Assembly (NCBI GenBank): GCA_000091205.1
Contig: AP006502.2
Direction: 5' to 3' (one strand)
Length of the DNA: 64,000 nucleotides
From: Cyanidioschyzon merolae
Taxonomy: Eukaryota
Below the pieces are notes generated by a model that saw nothing but the letters and a program-made list of their open reading frames with translations, was not told the origin of the DNA and did no database searches. Shown here one piece after another: positions 1 to 9,680 of this stretch. Each line of letters begins with the position of its first letter. Within the stretch, counting starts at the first letter, position 1. Made by a program: the position numbers and the translations under genes.

Positions 1-349
1 TCGAACTTCACGATTTGGCCCAGATGGAAAGCACTGGGATTCCTCGTGACACCGTTCCGAAAATCGATTTGAAAGGCTTGCGTCGTTCGTTGGTATGCAA
101 AGCCCAATAGAGGCCAGCAACAGATGCGTCTGTGTCAATGTTAAACGGCTGTAAACCAGCCTTCGCCATATGCTTGCTCCTGCACATAACCAATTGCACC
201 AATATTCGAAGAATGCGCACTTCACCGCTGTAGCGCCGAAATGCGACTGTACCAGTCATCCGATGTGCGAGTCGAGGCTTTGGGGTAGCTTCGCTCGTGC
301 GTGCAAAGGCATGCGTCGAGACGATAGAGTGCGTATAACTAGTATGCCC

Positions 350-843
350 CTACTCACAGGCGCTTCCCAGCCTTTTTGATTGGCTCCCTGCTATCGTCTT
401 CAGTTTTTCCCTGTGCACTTCCAGCCTGAGAGGCTGTCCCACACATTTGGCTCGTGTCAACTCCGGGTGTGTCGTGTTCAGCACCGCACATATCCTTATA
501 ATGAAGACGGCGTTGGCGTCCCGGTTCTCGAACTCTATGAGTTTCTTGCCGATGCCTGTACGCACCCGTGCGAGGAGTCCTGGAGCTCGCGCCCTGTATA
601 CCATTTGCTGCTCAGTCAGCGCAATGTACTTTTCCATCTCCGAAGTGCTCCGCCGGATTTCCTCCATCGCGACCTTCTGAAGTGCGCAGCCCAGATCATA
701 GTGTATACATACGATGTTCGGATCTCATCTATCCGTACCGTTACGAAATGATGTGCGCACTCCTCGTTCAATCGCGTAGATGGAGCGAGCATGCTCCCTT
801 TTTTGGACGCCCGGCGTCTTGCTCCATCGACGAGAGCATACAA
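350..843 (-). pseudogene. TnpB/Fanzor-like 3' fragment (TSY block + RuvC-III + conserved right end). Left arm of a head-to-head pair.
   Basis: ORFs 616..843 ('RIDEIRTSYVYT') and 350..667 ('IEFENRDANAVFIIRIC...KLKTIAGSQSK'). 3' block 'AAAAAGGCTGGGAAGCGCCTGTGAG' at about 330-360. Confidence 0.6.
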
Positions 844-1254
844 GGAGTGCGCATATCACGTCAACGCGGTACCGATAGACGACTTCCGAACATCGTACGT
901 ATATACTATGATCTGGGCTGCGCACTTCAGAAGGTCGCGATGGAGGAAATCCGGCGGAGCACTTCGGAGATAGAAAAGTACATTGCGCTGACTGAGCAGC
1001 AAATGAAGAGGAGGGCGAAAACTCGGGGACTGCTTGTATTGGTGAGTACAAGCGGCGGCAAGAAACGCATGGAGTTTGTGAACCGAGACTTTAATGCTGT
1101 TATCAATACCAGAAGATGTGCGGTACTGGAGAAGAGACCCCCAGCGTTGACACGAGCCAAATTTGTGGGAGAACCTCTCAAGGTCGAATTCTACGAGAAG
1201 AAGTTGAAAACAGTCGTAGGTGGCCGGTCCAAATAGAAGCGGAGGCGTCCGCAC
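791..1254 (+). pseudogene. TnpB/Fanzor-like 3' fragment. Right arm of the head-to-head pair.
   Basis: 'VPIDDFRTSYVYT' (791..973 frame), then 'EEIRRSTSEIEKYIALTEQQMKRRAKTRGLLVLVSTSGGKKRMEFVNRDFNAVINTRRCAVL' (568..1236 frame). A hairpin GCGGA-GGCG-TCCGC lies 2 nt after the TAG stop (1239-1252). Confidence 0.6.
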
Positions 1255-1925
1255 GTTGGTGTATAGACACGTCGAGTCTACGGCGGACGGACGCGCGCTC
1301 TTCGCGAAGGCCTCCGATCAGCACACGCAATATGCCCTGCGCGTAGGGCTTGCTTGAGGTGCAGACGTCGTTTCGATACGCTCTCGCTTTCGTGAACAGG
1401 CGTTCCTGGTGACGTTCATCTGATAACTAGGGTCTTGCACAATGCACAAACCGGCTTTCCTACACATAGGTTCACTCAGCTTGAACTCGGGCACCAGTGT
1501 GCGCTGGTTAAGGCCGTGTGCGAAAACTCACGCGAGCTGTTGCCGAGTGCTTGTGACGCAGAACCCAGCGTTCCGTGTGGCGCGCACCGGGACGAGCAGC
1601 TCTCACCACTGCAGGCTACGGACTACGAAATCGAGACTTTTCATGGCTTCTGGGCAGGTAGGTATCTTTACGCCGGTCGTCATTGTTGCGCGGGCAATTC
1701 TAGGGAAACAACGCTTCGAGAAAATTCGAGGTAGGGGCATTGCGCTCCACTCGCAGGCTATCACGAACTTTTGTAAGTTTGCAGGTGTCGACAATAAAGT
1801 TCGCCAAGGTCTCATTCGCATGGCGAAAGCGAATGGTAGCAAACTGGGTTTCCTGTCATGAAATGCTCTCTTCATAGCGGGATGAGCGACTCGGCTGCTG
1901 CGCGTGAAGCGCAGCTTGTGGATCC

Positions 1926-2762
1926 CTAGGCGGACTCACGTGCCCACAAAGCGAGGCCGCCGCCGCGACCACGACCAGCAAGAATTCTTGAATCTACGAA
2001 GAAAAAAGTGAAGAACGGCAGACGACGTCGATCTTTCAAGTCAAGCGCTTCTAAAGATGTTGGCCACTTCTTGATGCGTATTCGGGGCAATGTCGCGCCC
2101 ATTAAATGCAAACGGAACTCGCAAAAGTCAAACATTAGGCGCCGCTGCTTCGGTTCGAACATCCATGGTCCAGCAAACTTGATGCCCGCGAGCCTGAACG
2201 GTAAGTGAGCCTCATTCGTAACGGCACGCGCTATGACGGACCCGTGGTTTTCAACGCTAAACTGTATCCTCGCTTCCAGTGGGAAATACAAGCCCGCCCT
2301 TAAGCTCGAAGGGAGTTCGCCTCGTCTCAGCCGCTCAGAGAGCGAGTTCTGTGCAGACTTTTGGATGCTATAGACCAGTCTCCAGCTTCCTTCGAGCTCC
2401 TTCTCTGTCCATAAGCCAGCAGGCTCTCCGCTCTGTCCCGACTTACCCGCTTTCACCCATCTCTCAAGAAAGAGAAGCGCTGTCCCGACTGAGGTGACGT
2501 CTGGAGCGGGCGCTCTGAAAACGGCGGGTGCTGCAGCCGACTCCGTGGTATTGTAGTGCAAGCTGCGAGAAAGCACAGAACCCGCTGCCGCGTGCAGTAC
2601 CTGCACAGCCTCTTTGGGTGCTTCAAAGCCAGCCCTTCTGGGACTTGCACGAACAGCCTTCCACGGCGTTCTTGAACTCGAACTCGCCCGCAGTAGCGCA
2701 ACGCTGAACATAGAGCCTAGCGAGATAGCGCTCGAACACGGGAACACAAGGCACAAACGCAC
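1926..2762 (-). CDS. Possible plastid-lipid-associated protein (PAP/fibrillin)-like ORF, 278 aa. Weak call.
   Basis: Long ORF with 'GLWTEKELEGSWRLVYS' (resembles the fibrillin 'G.W.L.Yt' block) and an S/R-rich N-terminus. Overlaps only the dubious 5' extension of the p44 ORF. Confidence 0.3.
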   Translation of the reverse strand: MRLCLVFPCSSAISLGSMFSVALLRASSSSRTPWKAVRASPRRAGFEAPKEAVQVLHAAAGSVLSRSLHYNTTESAAAPAVFRAPAPDVTSVGTALLFLERWVKAGKSGQSGEPAGLWTEKELEGSWRLVYSIQKSAQNSLSERLRRGELPSSLRAGLYFPLEARIQFSVENHGSVIARAVTNEAHLPFRLAGIKFAGPWMFEPKQRRLMFDFCEFRLHLMGATLPRIRIKKWPTSLEALDLKDRRRLPFFTFFFVDSRILAGRGRGGGLALWARESA

Positions 2763-4425
2763 ACCTGCCGCCTCAATGACGCAGCTGTGCGTCGAGCGTT
2801 CCGGGTCATGCCGCTTGCATCTGCAGCGCCCTGTTCAGCAGAGTGCACTCAGCGGCAGGCCTGAGGGCGTTAGACTCGAATGCACTTCTGCGTCTTTCAT
2901 CGTCAATGCACCGATGCACCTGCCATTTACACAGTTAGAAGAACCTGCACGAGACGCAAGCGAGCGATTACAGTGGGACGCCAGGGCGGCTGGTCTCCAG
3001 CCACGTGAACAAGTTGCACCCACATCGCGGCGAGAAGACGAAGCGAACTATGCCTGGGAGCGACGCTATGAACGTAGCTGGGAGGCCATAGGTGTCAGCG
3101 ATGCTGGCGGGGGTATCTTCCGTCGAGATGCTCTTGATCAACAGCGCCAACGGCACCGTGACTTGGAACGTGTTTTGCAGGACAGCGCTGCTTCCGCTGC
3201 ACGTCGCCGCGTTGGTCGTGCGCTAGGCCTCATTCGCTTTCTGGTGCTGGCGCTGGACCTCTCCGCTGCGGTGCGCTCGCGCTCGCGATCCAGCTTAAGT
3301 AGTAGTAGCCAAGACCTGAAACCTTCCCGCTGGTCGGCAATTCTGTCGGGCGCTCAGTATTTTGTTCAGGACTTTTTCAGCGAGAACGCCGTATCCCAGC
3401 TGGCGATTGTTATCCTCCAGGACGGCATTGCCGCGCAGGTAAGCGAGATGTCGGGTTCTGTGCGTCTGCATATTGATGCGCTGCGCAGTCTTCAGCGAGG
3501 CACAAACAAATTTCTCCACGACGGAGACGGCGGCCAGACCTCTCTCCAGAACTGTCTAGAGCTGGGGCTCCGGATTCATGCATCTGTCCCGAGATTCGGC
3601 ACCAGAGAGATGCTGATTGTCTACGGAGGGTTATCCACATGTGATCCAGGTGATATACATAAGACTATCCAGAACTGTGTCGACGCAAGTATTCGGGTGA
3701 GCGTGATCGGCTTAGGTGCCGAAGTTTACATCTTGCGGGCTACAGCGGAGCGAACACAGGGCACCTATCGTGTACCCATGGATAATGATCACTTCCATCA
3801 GCTGCTGCGACAACAGGTGCCACCACCGCCACCACCGCCTCAGGCTTCACGTTCCACGAAACACCTGGAACCATCCGAGGCACCGTGGACGGCCATGCAG
3901 ATGGTCATGGGCTTCCCCCCGAAACTCGCTAGAGATCGCGTAGTTGTCGCCATCGATACACGAAAGGCGTGCCGCCTCGGATTCGAATGCCCACGATGCC
4001 GGCAATGGCTGTCCGAAGTCCCCGGTAACTGCATCCTTTGCGGGCTCACGCTTACCAGCGTACTCCACCTGGCTCGCTCGTATCATCACATCTTTCCAGC
4101 ACCGCGTTTCGAGGAGCGTGAAGAGCCTTCCTCTTCGCGTGCGAGCGCGCTCATGAGCGATGAGGAAGGTTTCAGCGTATCTCCATCTTCGGTGCCTGAG
4201 CGTATGCCGGATGCGGCCGCACCACCCGTGAAATGGCAATGCAGCGGCTGTTCCCGCACTTTATCGACAAAGGATGATCTGCAGCTGCAGTGCACTGGTA
4301 TATGTCGACAGCTTTTTTGCATTGACTGCGATCAGCTCGTCCACGAGCGATTGCATACGTGCCCGGCCTGTCTGGCGATGAGCCTGAATATGCGGCAGCG
4401 CAGCATCCCGCGAACGATCACCTGA
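2614..4425 (+). CDS. GTF2H2: General transcription factor TFIIH subunit p44 (SSL1/GTF2H2 family: vWA-like domain + C-terminal C4 zinc finger). The true start is probably an internal Met (about 2776 or 2914). The first ~100 codons of the ORF look like 5' read-through.
   Basis: Motifs typical of p44: 'ANYAWERRYERSWEAI', 'REMLIVYGGLSTCDPGDIHKTIQNCVDASIRVSVIGLGAEVYILRATAERTQGTYRV', 'MGFP', 'CPRCRQWL..CILCGLTL..LARSYHHIFP', 'QLFCIDCDQLVHERLHTCPAC'. Recognised from memory of the family; no search run. Confidence 0.85.
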   Translation: MGASKPALLGLARTAFHGVLELELARSSATLNIEPSEIALEHGNTRHKRTPAASMTQLCVERSGSCRLHLQRPVQQSALSGRPEGVRLECTSASFIVNAPMHLPFTQLEEPARDASERLQWDARAAGLQPREQVAPTSRREDEANYAWERRYERSWEAIGVSDAGGGIFRRDALDQQRQRHRDLERVLQDSAASAARRRVGRALGLIRFLVLALDLSAAVRSRSRSSLSSSSQDLKPSRWSAILSGAQYFVQDFFSENAVSQLAIVILQDGIAAQVSEMSGSVRLHIDALRSLQRGTNKFLHDGDGGQTSLQNCLELGLRIHASVPRFGTREMLIVYGGLSTCDPGDIHKTIQNCVDASIRVSVIGLGAEVYILRATAERTQGTYRVPMDNDHFHQLLRQQVPPPPPPPQASRSTKHLEPSEAPWTAMQMVMGFPPKLARDRVVVAIDTRKACRLGFECPRCRQWLSEVPGNCILCGLTLTSVLHLARSYHHIFPAPRFEEREEPSSSRASALMSDEEGFSVSPSSVPERMPDAAAPPVKWQCSGCSRTLSTKDDLQLQCTGICRQLFCIDCDQLVHERLHTCPACLAMSLNMRQRSIPRTIT

Positions 4426-4453
4426 ATGGCAAAAGGAGCGCGTGCGTCACCGC

Positions 4454-5494
4454 TTATCGGAATTCATGAAAATCTGTATTGCTCTGCTCCGTAAGGATCG
4501 TTTTTCGCTCGAGTTCGCGAAACCTGGCAATCGACTGATCGCGTGCCTCATTTTCCATCATGTTTCCGAGCTCAGGTGGTGCATCATTTGGATCAATCTG
4601 CTGCTCGCGATTGAGCTCCTCCAGCACCGACTGCGCGACGTGTAGATCCCCGTAACCAAAGCACTGACTGCATCGCTCTTTGCGCAGTCCCCCGCAGAGC
4701 GGACATCGGAGCAAGTTCCCGTACGTCAAGCGTATGGGCAAGTAGACCATGATGCGATTGCTCTTAAAGTTCTGCTGGTACTCGCTCTCGTGTATGATGC
4801 CGCGGCCGCCGCAGTATTCACAGGTCTCCCAGCCGGAGCCATTACATGTGGGACAACAAGTTTTCTCCTCGAGCTCCTCTAAAGTTTGTTTCGTTTTCGG
4901 TGTTGACGAGTCCAGCTTGCGACTGAACAAGTTCTGCATGGCAAGCCGGAGCTGCTCTTCTATTTCACCGCTCGGCACCAGCGGGCTATTCTCATACGCC
5001 ACAAGACACCGTAGCACTCGCTCGGGCGCCTTCTTGACAACCGTATCGATTTCATTAATGCGACACTTTTGGCCGTTGAGCTCGCAGGCCGACCAATCCG
5101 GCTCGTCCGAAGGCGACGGGTCCGGCCCCGGCTCTACGATGCTACCGTGACGAAAAAACATGTCCAGCGTCGCCGGTGACAGCTGTTTCGACTGCGAGTT
5201 TCGACGTGCGACCAGGTCGGGGATAGTCTCAGCGTCTTCATACTTCGCCTTGCGGTTGGTCCTTTCGGTCGGTCTCGCATTCGAACGCTTCCGTGGCCGC
5301 GCGGCCTCGGGAGTTACACCTGACTGCGCAGGGTGCCGCGCACGGCGGACGTTTCTCACGTTCGCATCAGCGAGCTTCTTCTTCCCTGTCTGTGGTTTCG
5401 AAGCAGACGGCTCTGCGCAAGCTACCGCAAAGCAGCAAACACGAGTGCTTCCACGCCTGACATGGGGTTGGTATAACGCCAGTTCAGAAAACAT
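4454..5494 (-). CDS. DnaJ-type cysteine-rich (CxxCxGxG) zinc-finger domain protein without a J-domain. Basic, S/R-rich N-terminus (possible organellar targeting).
   Basis: Four CxxCxGxG-type repeats: 'CPTCNGSG', 'CEYCGGRG', 'CPLCGGLR', 'CSQCFGYG'. No HPD motif. 346-aa ORF. Confidence 0.5.
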   Translation of the reverse strand: MFSELALYQPHVRRGSTRVCCFAVACAEPSASKPQTGKKKLADANVRNVRRARHPAQSGVTPEAARPRKRSNARPTERTNRKAKYEDAETIPDLVARRNSQSKQLSPATLDMFFRHGSIVEPGPDPSPSDEPDWSACELNGQKCRINEIDTVVKKAPERVLRCLVAYENSPLVPSGEIEEQLRLAMQNLFSRKLDSSTPKTKQTLEELEEKTCCPTCNGSGWETCEYCGGRGIIHESEYQQNFKSNRIMVYLPIRLTYGNLLRCPLCGGLRKERCSQCFGYGDLHVAQSVLEELNREQQIDPNDAPPELGNMMENEARDQSIARFRELERKTILTEQSNTDFHEFR

Positions 5495-5559
5495 TGCACC
5501 ACGACCCCGACCACCACCACCACCTCCACCACCAACACCACCAAGAACAGAGACGAGTG

Positions 5560-6250
5560 ATTATGAAAACCGGAATAGGTGGTATGGATTCGGGTACGAA
5601 CGCGCTATGCGCGCTACGCCCGTGCGTAAGCTTGAATCCGAGTCCTGAGCGACTCGGTTTGCTCCGGTCTCCCCATGATTCATCGGTATTTCCATTCGAT
5701 TGTTTTCGATCTCCAAGTGCGTTGAATCAAATGCTTTTTCGTGGGTTGTAGCGGACGCGTTCGGAGTGCGTTCATTAGAAGAAATGAAAAATCAAAGGGA
5801 AAGGTACGGGCATGGAGGTCGCGGATGCTAGAGGGCGTTGATCGCCTGGTACCGAAAAGAAGAGGAAAAAATCCTCTGCTCGTCGACTGTCGCGCGATGA
5901 AGACCAAGTGACGAAGGCGAAGAAGAAGAGACAGAGAGGGAATCGTTTAGAAAACAGGTTTGTCTGACGGGATGATGGCGAGACTGTATTGGCACAGAGG
6001 GCACGAGTTCCAGCAATCCGTGCATTGGTGAGTTCCACTGGCGTCCATGCATGCAGGGTTCTCGTGAACGAAGACTTGAACGTCCGCATCCGTATCAGAC
6101 GATATCCGGTGCTGAAGAAAAGACCTGAGGAGACGATGCGATCCGAGTTCGTGGAGCAGCTTGTGACGCTTGTATTATGCAGGGAGAAATTGAAACCGAT
6201 AACAGTCTGCAGGTCGAAAAAGGCCGAGAAGCGCCTGCGAGGGGGTATCT
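5560..6250 (+). mobile_element. Short (~0.7 kb) internally deleted derivative of the TnpB-like family. It keeps 5'-end-like blocks and the RuvC-III remnant plus the 3' block.
   Basis: 'ctcgtgaacgaagacttgaacgtccgcatccgtatcagacg' (= FVNRDLNAAIHIRR, frameshifted). 3' block 'gaaattgaaaccgataacagtctgcaggtcgaaaaaggccgagaagcgcctgcgag'. Collinear with the 54040-54700 copy over its whole length. Carries the family-B-like 'ttttcgatct' and 'accggaat' blocks at its 5' side. Confidence 0.5.
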
Positions 6251-7698
6251 ATTTACCAACCACATTCGCACAGCGTTTTCCGTTTTATTCACGATATTCA
6301 TCGAACCTGCTTCACATGTACGGCCTCGAGATTCCAAGTGCACCAAATAGGGTTTACAGCTTCATACCGAGATCCTTGGTTCTCGGTCGTGTTTTTCGAG
6401 TGGCTTCTTCGAATCTCTGCATCTGGAATTCGTTGTGTTACTGGACTCAAGATGATTCGCGAAGCCCGCGAACAACCATTCGTAAAGCAACCGATATCAG
6501 TAAGCCATTGATCCATACAAACCTCCGGTCTGCTAATTTCCAAATGCAGAGCATTCTCGACTCATGCCTGCTTCGAGTTTTCGATGTTTATGGTTCAGGG
6601 CAACTCGTGAGCAAAGCGATTTGCGCCCTGGATTGACGACAAAAGCGGTCGACGTCATCCCGTGATGACTGGTTCACAAACTAGTATAGAGAGGTCACTG
6701 AAATTCTCCCGTCAAATAAACGATTCCGTTCGAAAGATGTATCCGCCTCTGTTTAGAGTATGGGCGCAACCGTTCTCAGATGCAGTTTGATATCTTTCAC
6801 GATGTATACTTCCCGTCGCACTTGTCTCTTGCGCTAGCAAGGAAACAGGTCCTGGACTCAGAATCGTAGTCGTCAGAGTGATCGCTTCCAGTGCAGACTG
6901 CGTCATTGTTTTGCGAGAAGAGCGCCTGGGCGGATTGAAGTTCCTTGCGTTGCTCTCCAGCCCAGATGCCCTTTCGGTGCTTGTTTCATCGTAAACAACA
7001 ACATGTTCCACGAAAACTCTGTCCTGTGGAACAGCGTGCGCTTGCTTACGCACCGGACAGGGTACTCGTCGAGTCGATGGATCGCAAGGAGTGCCTGGAC
7101 TTCAGGTACGGCACCGGGCCGCCGAAGCCGAGAAGGGCATCGACCGGAGCGTTCTGTCCTTGTTAAGAGTATGTACTCCGCGACGAAGCAAGTGTGCATG
7201 GGCCAAAGGTTTGCCTTCAGAAGAGCAGCAGGTATGGTGTACATTTTGGAATACCGGATCATAGCCGTGTCTCTCCGCTGCGAAGGGCGCATTGAACCTG
7301 CATACGCAGAAGATGAAAACGACAGGTAAAGCGTGGATCTCAAATAGCGGCTGCGGATGAAATGCGCCGACAGCTGCCGAATGCAGCTTGATCGGGACCC
7401 TAATGCTGCCGTCTGTATACCTCGGCTGCTTACAACGGCGCTCTACGAAATAGAGAGACCGGGATACTTCAGGCCGGAGATTAGAGAGAGCACAAAAGGA
7501 AGCAGCCATAGGAAACGCCCGCAATAGCTGGTGTTGATGAGACTGCACTGGGACCTAACCTATACTGTGTACGTCCGAGTTGGCGAACCGATTCCATTTC
7601 CGTCTGACATGGGTGTCGCGCATGCTTCACGCCGGCGATGAACATCTCCGACGTGCAATATCAGTACGTTTCAACAGCAGCTCCGAGTCGAGTACACT

Positions 7699-8994
7699 TT
7701 ACAATACAACGCTTCGAGATATTGAAGAATCTCGGTGGATAGACCAGATCTGTTCGCCCAGCAATGCGTCAATCGTGACGACGCGCAGCTGGGGAAACTG
7801 CTTCTCTCGAGGTACAGGTATGGTATCGGTCACGATGACTTCCTCGAAGAGACCCGGTTCGCTCAGACGCTCAATCGCAGGTCCACTGAAAACCGCATGC
7901 GTGGCCATCGCGAAAACACATGCTGCGCCTTTTTCGCGCAAGAGGCGCGCCGCCGCGCATATCGTGCCGGCGGTGTCGATCATGTCATCAACTAGGACTG
8001 CGATTTTCCCGTCTACCTCTCCGATCAGGTTCATCACTTCAGCGACATTGTGTCCGGATCGTCGCTTGTCGATAATCGCGAGCGGTGCATCACAAAGCGC
8101 CTTGGCAAAGGCCCGCGCGCGGGCAACACCGCCGACGTCAGGTGCGACAACAACAAGATCCGCGAGTTGTCGGGCTGCGCCATGATGATTCGTATCCGCC
8201 GAACTTTGCTCGATTCTCTCCATCAGGTACCTAACGAGTGCCGGTGACGCATACAGATGATCAACCGGAATGTCAAAGTAGCCGCAGGATTGCGGCGAAT
8301 GGATGTCGACCAGAATCATCCGATCCGCCCCGGCACGCGTAATCAAATTCGCCATGAGCTTCGACGAGAGCGCCTCGCGTTTCTCTACCAGCCGATCCGC
8401 TCGAGCATATCCGTAATAGGGTACGACGACGGTAACCTGAGCGGCGTGCGCCCTCTTGACTGCGTCGATTGTGATGAGCAGTTCCATGATAGAATCTGAG
8501 ATGCACGGCCCGCAGGTGCTGCAGATGAGAAACACATCACATCCTCGCACAGACTCGGGGAGTTTCACGTACAGTTCGCCGTCAGAAAAGCGCTTTCGAA
8601 TGATGCGATCGGTGCCTTCCTTGCCTAGATACCGCGCAACTCGGTCGGGCAGTTCTCCGGTGCTACTGCCGCCGAATATCCGCAAGCGCGACGTACCAAA
8701 GTTCAGTCCAGAACGAATAACCGTATCGGATTGCCGCACAAACGGTTCATAGACGGACACGTAAACGCCCTCTCCCCGACGCTCCTGCTTTTTCTCCGGT
8801 GGTTCTGCGATCGCCTCAGGGATACGGACTCGGGAGCAGCTGCCCGGTGCCCAGCTCGCTTCACGTCTTCTACGTCGGAAACCCGTGATCGACGGCCGCC
8901 ACCGCGAGCAGTTCTTCAGTGAAACACTTCTCTGCGGATGGCTCAGTGTCGGACGCAACGCAACGAACTGGGGGCAGGCGTGCATCGCGCGCAA
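7699..8994 (-). CDS. PRPS: Ribose-phosphate pyrophosphokinase (PRPP synthetase) with a ~95-aa R/S-rich N-terminal extension.
   Basis: 'LRIFGGSSTGELP', 'VVVPYYGYARADR', 'DLVVVAPDVGGVARARAFA', 'VLVDDMIDTAGTICAAARLL' are classic PRS motifs. Confidence 0.9.
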   Translation of the reverse strand: MRAMHACPQFVALRPTLSHPQRSVSLKNCSRWRPSITGFRRRRREASWAPGSCSRVRIPEAIAEPPEKKQERRGEGVYVSVYEPFVRQSDTVIRSGLNFGTSRLRIFGGSSTGELPDRVARYLGKEGTDRIIRKRFSDGELYVKLPESVRGCDVFLICSTCGPCISDSIMELLITIDAVKRAHAAQVTVVVPYYGYARADRLVEKREALSSKLMANLITRAGADRMILVDIHSPQSCGYFDIPVDHLYASPALVRYLMERIEQSSADTNHHGAARQLADLVVVAPDVGGVARARAFAKALCDAPLAIIDKRRSGHNVAEVMNLIGEVDGKIAVLVDDMIDTAGTICAAARLLREKGAACVFAMATHAVFSGPAIERLSEPGLFEEVIVTDTIPVPREKQFPQLRVVTIDALLGEQIWSIHRDSSISRSVVL

Positions 8995-9375
8995 AGAAGC
9001 ACAAAACTACCGAGCTTTCCGCACGCGTTTCGCGTTCTACAAAGCGGCTTCGGAACGAGTGATCCAACACCGCAAAAGTTGCTGTGTTATGCGTTGACGA
9101 AACCGAAGCAGGGTCGCAAGGCAGGGCCCAAAAGGCGCGACTCTATGGACAACGCTTCTAGGGTCCTCGAAAGGCACTAGAGGCGGTACACGCGCTCAAG
9201 CTGTTTCAACGTGTCCGGTACAGCACCGTGTCGTGCGTCAAGCGAGCACAGCACCGGCTACTAGACGGCATCGCGAACGCGGGTGGCGCGCAAAGCTGTT
9301 TCGCGATGCGCGGCGGCGGGACGACGGCGATCGCTGGGCCATTCAGCCGCGCAGGGACACAGGCACCAGCGCATT

Positions 9376-9680
9376 TTTTCATGGACAAAACGTTAACTGG
9401 GGCCAGCGCTCTCCGATTATGCGCATTTTTCTTTTCTTACTTTTTTTTTGTGTTTATTTTTCAGTGCACGGTAAAGTATTCATCAACTCCTACCTCCAAG
9501 TTACATTACCCAGACTTTTTTCTCGGATACGCTGGTCGTTTCATACGTCCTATCGTGTGAGCCTAGTACCTGCCGAAAGCGACCGCTATGGCGCCTATAG
9601 CGCCGGTGCGGTCGCTGCACGGAGACAGAACGGCGTTGCCGTAGCACACACAGAGGGCGTCGGCTCGAGGAGCAGCGCCT
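9376..9680 (+). repeat. Family C dispersed repeat (about 300 bp), copy 1.
   Basis: 'catggacaaaacgttaactggggccagcgctctccgattatgcgcatttttcttttcttactttttttttgtgtttatttttcag...' and 'cacggagacagaacggcgttgccgtagcacacacagagggcgtcggctcgag'. Confidence 0.6.

Noticed and set aside
380-1254. Antisense ORFs running across the TnpB-like fragments (380..751 +, 856..1254 -, 45351..45836 +, 57749..58054 +, 54390..54593 -)
   Set aside because: They are the mirror strand of the conserved sense sequence and stay open mainly because of GC-rich composition. Conservation is explained by the sense-strand RuvC-III/TSY blocks.
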